64,000 nt of DNA from Eledone cirrhosa (lineage: Eukaryota). The notes beneath the pieces were generated by a model. The model was not told the origin of the DNA. It was given only the letters and a program-made list of their open reading frames with translations, and ran no database searches. The position numbers were made by a program, and so were the translations under genes. Shown here piece by piece: positions 55,166-64,000 of the stretch (within the stretch, counting starts at the first letter, position 1; every line of letters begins with the position of its first letter). Location: positions 11,718,001 through 11,782,000 of the forward strand of contig OZ024762.1 of the NCBI GenBank assembly GCA_964016885.1, given 5' to 3'.

Positions 55166-56334
55166 CCAAAAGTCAAAAGGAAAAGAAGAGGTAAAAGAAA
55201 TGGTAAGTTTGGCACTGGTAAGATCACAGCACTGTCTTTAGTTTCTCTAAAGGTAGCAGACTTATCAGGAAAATACATGCTTGAAGAGAAATCTATAAAG
55301 AAATCTTTATTTAAAGTAGACATTGCCAGCTCTGTTAGTTTACATGTGTGTATGTGAAGCCCTGTCTGTATATATGTGTGTATACATATGTGTGTGAAAC
55401 CCTGTCTTTATATATATATATATCTGTGTGTGTATGTGAACCTCTGCCTGTTTATGTATGTGTGTATATATACATATGTGTGTGAAACCCTGTCTGTACA
55501 TATGTATGTGTGTGTGTACACATACATATGTGTGTAGGTATCCTACACACATATGGACAACAGCATGTGTATGTACATCTGCCTTTATATATATATATAT
55601 ATCCCACTTTCTGTTCTTCAGTTACATTCCCATATTTCTATCTATCTATTACTCTCACTCTGTCTTATTTTCCTTCTCCCCCTTTCTCACTCATTCTCTC
55701 TATCTATCTACCATTTCCTCTCTCTCTCAATTTCTAGTTCATTCTATCTATCTATCACTCCCTTTTTCTCAATCTCTAGTTTGTTCTATCTATCACCCTT
55801 CCTTTCTCTTTAAATTATTAACCATCTTGCCAACAACAACCCTGAGCACCTTTTTGAATTCCATATGTCTAACACACGTGGACATGCCCACAAAGTCAGA
55901 AAACAGCACAGCTCCCATGACTTTCGGAAACATTTTTTCATGCTCAGGGTTGCTGAAGCATTGAACAAACTACCTGTTGTTAGCTGTCGAGACACTGCAT
56001 CCTTTAAAACCTCCATGGAACAAACTACCTGCATCAGTTGTTAGCTGTAGAGACACTGCATCCTTTAAAACCTCCATGGAACAAACTACCTGCATCAGTT
56101 GTTAGCTGTCGAGACACTGCATCCTTTAAAACCTCCATCCTTCCTGAAATTCGCCAACACTATACCTGATATCCCCCCTCCATACACACACACACACACG
56201 TATATCATGACTCATACACTGTTCATTTTTCTGACATTTGATGAGTTGTAGTGCACCTGAGCACTGTACACAATAATTTCATTATTATTATATCTCGAAC
56301 TGATTCTCTCTCTCTCAGTTGTAGCTACACTGCC

Positions 56335-56485
56335 ATGGCCAAAGGACGTACATGGAGGAAACGAAAGCAGAAACTGCCAAGAAATGGTTCCATGTTTGGT
56401 TCCCAATATGTTGATTTACTCAAATGGATGAAAAGCGTCGACAATTCTTTCAAACTCCCATCATTATCTCCTCGAGTGTTTCCCA
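56335..56485 (+). CDS. SETD4: SET domain-containing protein 4, first coding exon
   Basis: Kozak gccATGG; MAKGRTWRKRK...YVDLLKWM...PRVFP, the basic N-terminus typical of SETD4; donor A|gtgagt. An acceptor just upstream (about 56318) implies a non-coding first exon. Confidence 0.85.
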
Positions 56486-57365
56486 GTGAGTAAAAAGATC
56501 TAGTGTTATTTTCTTTGAATGCCAATAATAAAGAATTCTGACGTAACCTTTTACCATTTACATTACTCTATATTTACTATTATATTTTCACAGTAAAGAC
56601 TTTACCTCACATAATGTCTCACATAACATTTACATTACTCTATATAATGGAGGCACATGGCTTAGTGGTTAGAGCATTGGCCTTGCAATCGAAAGGTTGT
56701 GAGTTCAATTCTCAGACCGGGTGATGTGTTGTTTCCTTGAGCAAGACACTTTATTTTACATTGCTCCAGTTTACTCAGCTGTAGAAATGAGATGATAGGG
56801 ACCCCACTGCAAAGTGGTCGTGGAGGTGCCACGGCAAAAAAGCACCCAGCACTCACTGTAAATGAGGTTGGTGTTAGGAAGGGCATCCAGCTGTAGAAAT
56901 CAAGCCAGAACCAGTTCCCATCCCACCCTTGCAAGCAGGGAAAAGCAGACGTAAAATGAAATGATGATGATGAAAATGATACTATTGTATTTTCATGGTA
57001 AAAGCTTTATCTCACATAATATTGAATCTATGAGATTGTAATATTATTTATTTTTATACCTTGACATCAATATGAGCGGCTGGTTACAGCCGGTTTGAAC
57101 AGAGAGAGGTGAGAGAATTCTGGCCAGATATGACTGGTTACAACCAGTTTGAATAAAAAGAGGTGAGCAAATTCTGGCTGGATATGACCGGTTACAACCA
57201 GTTTGAACAGAAAGAGGTGAGTAAATTCTGGCCAGATATGACCGGTTACAACCAGTTTGAACAAAACCACTCCACCCTTTACTATGACTAAACTACCCCA
57301 CCTATAAAATTGATATAAAGCCGTAAAGAATAAAAATGAAAAAATGCACTTGTGTTTATTTTTAG

Positions 57366-57492
57366 ACACAGGTCGAGGTTTGATGACCACAAAACCTTTA
57401 CAAGCAGGGAATGTTTTGATCTCTGTACCAGCAGCCCTTATCATTACTACACCTATGGTCCTTAATGGTGATGTTTCAACACTAATAAAAAG
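57366..57492 (+). CDS. SETD4: SETD4 coding exon 2
   Basis: tttag| TGRGLMTTKPLQAGNVLISVP (SET motif I); donor AG|gtattt. Confidence 0.9.
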
Positions 57493-58249
57493 GTATTTAC
57501 TTTTTTACTGGGTTGCAGCCAGTTTAACCCTTTAGTATTTACATTACTCTATATTTACTATTGCACGGTAAACACTTTATCTCACATAATATCGAATCTA
57601 TGAGATTTCGATGTCATTTTTTAGATACGGTGGATTGGCAATATCTGTAGAGGGTCAGATGCTATCCTTTGCAGCATAGAGTTACCACCCTTTACGGTCT
57701 GAGTTCAAATCCCGCCGAGGTTAACTTTGTCTTTCATCCTTATGGGGTCGATAAAATAAAGTACCAGTAATGCACTGGTGTAGATTTAATTGACTTTCTC
57801 CTCCCCTCAAATTGCTGGCCTTGTGCCTATAGTAGAAATAATTATTTAGGGCAGTGGACTGGCAGTATCGGTAGAGGGTCAAATGCTGTTTTGCAGCATA
57901 GAGTTACGGTCTGAGTTCAAATCCTTTGCCTTCCATCCTCACAGGGTCGATAAAATAAGGTACCAGTAATGCACTGGGGTAATTGCTGGCCTTGTGCCAA
58001 TAGTAAAAAATATTATATATAGAGAACAATACCTTAACATCGGTATGAGCAGCCGATTATGACCAGAAAGAAGTGAGAGAATTCTAGCTGGATATGGCCA
58101 GTTTAAATGCTAATGGGTTAACTTATTTCATATTGGAGAAAGGGGTTACAAATTGTAGAGCTATCCTGGGGTACTAAATATTCTCGTGGTACCTTTGTTC
58201 CCTCTCTGTCCTCGTTGATAAACAGAACCATATATTCTTATAATTACAG

Positions 58250-58673
58250 GTGTAAACCTCTAATAACTGCACAGGCGGCTCTCTCTGTCTTCCTGTTGGC
58301 TGAGAGAGCTAAAGGCAGTGATTCAGTTTGGAGCAGGTATATTTCCATGTTACCTTTGGAATTTGAGACAGTCACCTACTGGGAAACAGAGGCAGTGAAT
58401 GTCTTACCGCCACATGCATCACACCTGGCACAGAAGTGTTTGAAAAGTTTTCATAAGGCTTTTACAACAATCTGTGAATGTTGCAGTGAAGCCTGTCCAC
58501 CTTACCTTACTGATGTCTTAACTTGTGAGAAGAATTTCATCTGGGCATGGAATGCTGTTAACACCAGATGTGTTTACTTTGAAGTTCCTACTTCTCCTTA
58601 TATTGAAGAATCTGGGAAGAATTGTGCTCTGATTCCATATCTAGATCTGTTGAACCATTCTGCTGATGCCAAG
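58250..58673 (+). CDS. SETD4: SETD4 coding exon 3
   Basis: tacag| ...WAWNAVNTRCVY...ALIPYLDLLNHS; donor AAG|gtcagt. Confidence 0.93.
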
Positions 58674-60253
58674 GTCAGTTGAAAATAGCCAAATTATTTC
58701 ATCTACTAATCCTTTCAAATTGACCCTTGCTGGTTAACCCTTTAGCATCTACACCATTTCTGTATCAGCAAGACATGGTTACCTGACCTGGCATTGCTTA
58801 CAACAGGACAACTTGTCTAACCCATGCTAGCATGGAAAAATGGACGTTAAATGGTGATGATGATGATTGCTCTATATATACTATTATATTTTCACGGTAA
58901 AAGCTTTATCTTACATTATAATCTCGCATAATATTGAATCTATGAAATTTCAATATTATTTATTTTGAGAACAATACCTTAACAAAAGTATGAATAGAAA
59001 GTGGTGAGAGAATTCTGGCTGGATACGGCTGGTTTAAATGCTAAAGGGTTAAGGATCCTTCCATCTCTTTATTTGGCAGGCTTTCTACAGCTTCATGTCC
59101 TACCTATCACCAACCACTTTACAGCTTGTACTGGGGGTGTTTATCATGTATATCACCAAACACTAGAGAAGCTGTCATGTCTTTGACATCACTTAATGGT
59201 CCTCCTCTCTCTTTATTAAGATGGTCATGTTAATTTAAAGTGTTGGCCATTCTGTTGAGCCATTGAGACACACCATAGAAACCAACAAAGTTCCACTTAC
59301 TATTCTAAACATGGGGAACATGTAGACTTAAGGCCCCCATGTGGCTTTCTATGCTATTCTGTGCAGCCTTTTGAAAGAATAAAACATTTCCAATAAATTG
59401 TAAAATTTTATTAATATTTTTGTCTATCTCTTATTATTTTAATTTAAACCATAAGATGGACGTATTTTAACCCTTTAGCATTTAAACCAGCCATATCCAG
59501 CCAGAATTCTCTCACCTCTATCTGTTCAAACCAGCTGTAACTAGCCACTCATACTGATGTTAAGGTATTATTCTCAAAATAAATAATATCAAAATCTTAT
59601 AGATTCGATATTATATGGGATATAGATTCGATATTATATGAGATATAGATTCGATATTATGTGAGATATAGATTCGATATTATATGAGATATAGATTCGA
59701 TATTATGTGAGATATAGATTCGATATTATATGAGATATAGATTCGATATTATGTGAGATAAAGCTTTTACCACAAAAAGAACATTTCAGAAGTTTCTCTG
59801 TTCATGTTTTAGTTCTAATGCGATTCTAGGCTACATTAGATTCCCGGCTGGAGCCACACCCGAGGTTGGTTGGTGAGAACCTGCAGGGATTTAGTACGTT
59901 GGTGATTATGGCTTCTTGAATGCAACCTTATTATATTATAAGCAGGGCCTCCAAGAGAAATTTTGCAAGGACGTACAAAACTCCTTTGGGGCCCAAAGCA
60001 GGCAAAGATTTTTCTCAAAATTGAGTAGGGGTGGGATGTTGCATGGTTGCTGTGGGGGCTTTCTTAGCTTTTGGGCCCCAGAACAAAGTACAGGCTGGAT
60101 CCCCCCCCCCCTCTCATAGGCCCTGATTAGAAGTAACTTAATCCAGCCTTTCAACATGTGCTATTCACTAGTATACTCTTTGTTTGTTGTATCTTTCTGC
60201 CAGTGAAGATCCATTATATTGAAAGTTTCCAATACACATTTCTTTCTTCTCAG

Positions 60254-60428
60254 ATAAAGACTCACTTCAACAACACAACAAACTGTTTTGAGATCATCAC
60301 CATGGATAACTACAAAAGATACGACCAAGTATTCATTAAGTATGGCATGCACAACAACTCAGATCTTCTCATTGAATATGGTTTCACCATTCCTGATAAC
60401 CCTTGTAATTTTTATGAATTCTCTTTTG
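60254..60428 (+). CDS. SETD4: SETD4 coding exon 4
   Basis: ctcag| ...DQVFIKYGMHNNSDLLIEYGF..DNP; donor G|gttagt. Confidence 0.92.
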
Positions 60429-61063
60429 GTTAGTATCATGTATATCTGTCTGTCCTCTTTTTCTTTTTTTTAACCCTTTAGTATTTAAACCAGCCGTATC
60501 CGGCCAGAATTCTCTCACCTCTTTCTCTTCAAACCAACTGTTACTGATTGCTTATACCAATGTTAAGGTATTGTTCTCAAAATAAATAATATCAACATCT
60601 CATAGATTTGATATTATGTAGGATAATTATGTGAGATAAAGTGTTTACCATGAAAATACAATATTAAATATAGAGTAATGTAAATGCTAAAGGGAATGTT
60701 CTACAGCCAGATGCCCTAACTGGTGCCAATATATGTGTGTGTGTCTGCTGTGGGCAATGCCAGGTCAGGTGACCATGTCTTGCTCATACAGAACTGATTT
60801 TGGCGTGATTTCTACAGCTGGATGCCCTTCCTAACACCAAGCAGTATGTCTGGATATGTCTGTGAGGCTATATTCTTGCAAGATACTTACCATGAGATCC
60901 CCTTTTTTTAAGGGAATGTTTTACAGCCTGATTCCCTTACTGGTACCAAAACTAAATAGTGGGGAGGGGACGATCGTTCGAGACCCGAGAGTAAGCTTTT
61001 TTTTTGCCACATATTTTGCCATTTTCTCTCTTGTTCTAACGTTAAATATTCCTTTCTTTCTAG

Positions 61064-61148
61064 ACACCATCAGAGATTTCTCCACCTCTCACAATGTCGG
61101 CTGTATTCAACAGAAAGAAGAATTACTCAAGAAATACAATTTGACAAA
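61064..61148 (+). CDS. SETD4: SETD4 coding exon 5
   Basis: ttctag| DTIRDFS...QKEELLKKYNLT; donor AA|gtaagt; phases fit both neighbours. Confidence 0.8.
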
Positions 61149-62119
61149 GTAAGTTCTAATTATTTCTCTATAAAGGTTTGGTTGTGGGTGGCATGTGGCC
61201 TAGTGGTTAGGGTGTTGCACTCATGATAATAAGGTCGAGGGTTTGATTATCTGATTGAGCAATATTGTGTCTTCAGCATGATACCTCATTACACATTTCT
61301 CTTCTTGATAGGACAAGGTCCCCTATCATTAAAAGAGCCAATAACATGATATAACAGGGGCCCCTATAATTGAAACACCTGAGATATTTTCTGTAATACA
61401 ACCTCGTAGGGCCAGAAAACTTACATAGCTGTGAGCTGTAACAATATACATACATGTGTGTCTGAAAGGACTAAAAACCGTATCATTAAAACACCCAAGA
61501 AATTCCCTATCAGATACAACCTTGTAAGAGACCCAGCTAAACATATATATGTGTGAGCTGTAACAACAATATGATAGAACTAGGACCCCTATAATTAAAA
61601 CACCCAAGATGCATCCTTGTAGGAGGCCAGTGAAGCCTATATAGGCCTAGGTCCCCTATCATTAAAACATCCCAAAAACCTCCTATGAAGGTCTGAACTG
61701 TAACAACAACATAGGACTGGGGCTCTTATCATTAAAACACCCAAGAATCTTCCTATGAGATACAACTTTGTAGGAGGCTAAGCGAAGCCCCTATAGGTGT
61801 GAGCTGTAACAACAGTATGACATGACTGGAGCCCCTATCATTAAAACAACCAAGAAACCTACATAGTTTTGAGCTGTAAATTTCATACATGTATATATAA
61901 GGCCAACACTTTTGGGAAAGATGGGAAAGTCGATTAAATCGGCCCCAGTGCATTACTGGTACTATATTTTATTGACCCTGTAAAGGCAAAGTTAACTTCG
62001 ACATAACTAAATGCCACAATTCATATACCAACGCTCTACCAACTTTGCTGCCAATATACAGTCCTACTACTACTAATAATAATAATTATGATATTTGCCC
62101 CATTTGTTTATTTTTTTAG

Positions 62120-62206
62120 GGAACTGCGCTACTATCCTGGAGATGGTGGAATTTCCTGGAATCTGCAGTCAGTTTTACACATTTTAAACATGTCTTGGCA
62201 GGAATT
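62120..62206 (+). CDS. SETD4: SETD4 coding exon 6
   Basis: ttttag| ELRYYPGDGGISWNLQSVLHILNMSWQE; donor TT|gtaagt. Confidence 0.8.
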
Positions 62207-62744
62207 GTAAGTTTTTTATTATATTATATATGTTCCACTTAACAGACTGTAAAGAATTTGGAGACAATGCACTCAATACTGGTGTCATAAAATACACCCA
62301 GTCCACTCTGTAAAGTGGTTGTGTTGCTGTCACAATAAAATACACTCTGTAAAAGGGTTGTGTGGCTGTCACAATAAAATACACCCAGTACACTCTGTCA
62401 AGCTGTAGTTTCATGATAAAATGTACCCAGTATACTTTGGCCTGGTCTCTACAACTGAAGGGCCTTCTTTCGTAGAGTGTACTGGGTGCATTTTCTCATA
62501 ACACCAGCGCTACCACTCTACAGAGACTACTGGGTCTATTTTCTCGTGACACCAGCTTTCGTAGAGTGTACTGGGTGCATTTTCTCATAACACCAGCGCT
62601 ACCACTCTACAGAGACTACTGGGTCTATTTTCTCATGACACCAGTACTACAAATTGACAGCAAAAGCCTTCTAGACCCTATATTATCTCCAATATATTAA
62701 TAATCAACTTAGCAGATCATCAATAAAATATTATTTATTTTCAG

Positions 62745-62874
62745 GACTTGTTGGCAATCCTGTTTATCTGAGAATGAATGGCCGATGAACATTCTGGAAT
62801 TTTCCATGGATCTCATCTCCTTTATCATCAATAAAAGACAGTTGGAACAGGAACAAATGGAACCAAGAATCCTG
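62745..62874 (+). CDS. SETD4: SETD4 coding exon 7 (gene continues beyond the window)
   Basis: tttcag| TCWQSCLSENEW...EPRIL; donor CTG|gtgagt. In phase, no stop codon reached. Confidence 0.7.
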
Positions 62875-64000
62875 GTGAGTCATCCATGGTTCACATTCTC
62901 TGGGAAAGGTTTCCTATTTTGTTATTTTAATTATATAAAGTGATAGAACAATGCAGGGAAGGTGGGTGTTCTGAAGATGCAGTAGCCAGAGTGAGAACGG
63001 GATAGAAGAAATTCAGTGAGCTACTACTACTGCTAGCTACAAAAGGCTTTTCCCTCACAATAAAGGCAGAGTGTATGATTTATGCATACGAACAGCAATG
63101 TCACATGGTACTGAGTCCTGAGTGTTCTGTGCAGAAGACTTACGAAGATTGGAAAGAAACGAAGCTTGCATTCTTTGATGGATTTGTAATAGTAATATAC
63201 ATGACCGGCAAAGCATAAACACTGAGAAAGAAACTAGGCATAAGAAGAATTAGATGCAATATGCAGGAGAGGAAATTGCATTGGTATGGACATGTGATGC
63301 ATATGAAGGATGACAGCTGTTTAAAAAGGTGCAGAGCGCTCAAAAATGATGGAAGCCTTGGGATAAAGTGATAAAAGCTGAACTTGCACCTCTCAAAGGC
63401 CATGACACAGGACCAATATCTATGGCGTTATGTAGTAACATATATATATATATATACTATGTTGGATGGTTTTAACTAATGGGTAGATCTAGTCATTCTG
63501 ATTAGCAGACTGTGATGCAATAAGCAAGCTCTATATATCTTCTCAGATGTTGTATCTCAAGTTTGGTGTAAGAACCGAGTTAAACACTTCAATGAAAACG
63601 GATTCCAAATATATCTTTTAATGCTGCAAATTCATAACACAGATCCTCCTATGCCCGATATATGTATAATCAATGGTATTCTAGTCATAGCCAACATGTG
63701 TATATCTAAAACTACATCATTGAATGTCTTTCATTGTTTTAAAATGTGGCTGCTGTTTTTGGCAGTTTTAATGTTGCAAATTAATAATACATATTTCTAT
63801 GGGTGACAGGCCTATGTCATGACACAGTGATGTCTTCAGGTGTAATTCACAAAAAAAAGATTTAAAGGTTAACTAATAAATTACTGGATTACAGCAAAAT
63901 ATAAACAAAGAAGAGGCGGTTAATGTGACCTCAGTGACGAACTCTGTTCTTCTAACACACCCAAACTACATATCCGTAGCATACATATACATATATATAT

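Larger units (their letters stand above)
56544..60694. mobile_element. Five piggyBac-like MITEs in SETD4 introns: 56544-57270, 57524-58121, 58734-59052 (+); 59467-59775, 60470-60694 (-)
   Basis: Matches to the MITE consensus; several have nested SINEs. Confidence 0.7.

Overview
AT-rich, repeat-dense eukaryotic DNA, most likely from an octopod cephalopod (inferred from the SINE and microsatellite landscape). Three spliced + strand genes can be rebuilt by hand with GT-AG introns in consistent phase: TDP2 (6 coding exons, 5787-18819, 375 aa), a RERG/RASL-like small GTPase with degenerate G2/G3 boxes and no CAAX (5 exons, 38170-50987, 214 aa), and SETD4 (7 coding exons from 56335, running off the window). 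The rest is tRNA-derived SINEs, RTE and CR1-like LINE fragments, about 16 copies of a TTAA-flanked piggyBac-like MITE that seeds 72-bp arrays, and many mini/microsatellites. Nearly all long ORFs in the supplied track are repeat artefacts. The main result of the hunt is five type I hammerhead ribozyme motifs in introns, four of them in short inserts bounded by (TA)n tracts. Two are diverged homologues that share a non-canonical U3-A8 core (UUGANAA) and show covariation in stem II. Three are minimal, Penelope-type hammerheads. All coordinates and folds were read by eye, and ribozyme activity is untested.
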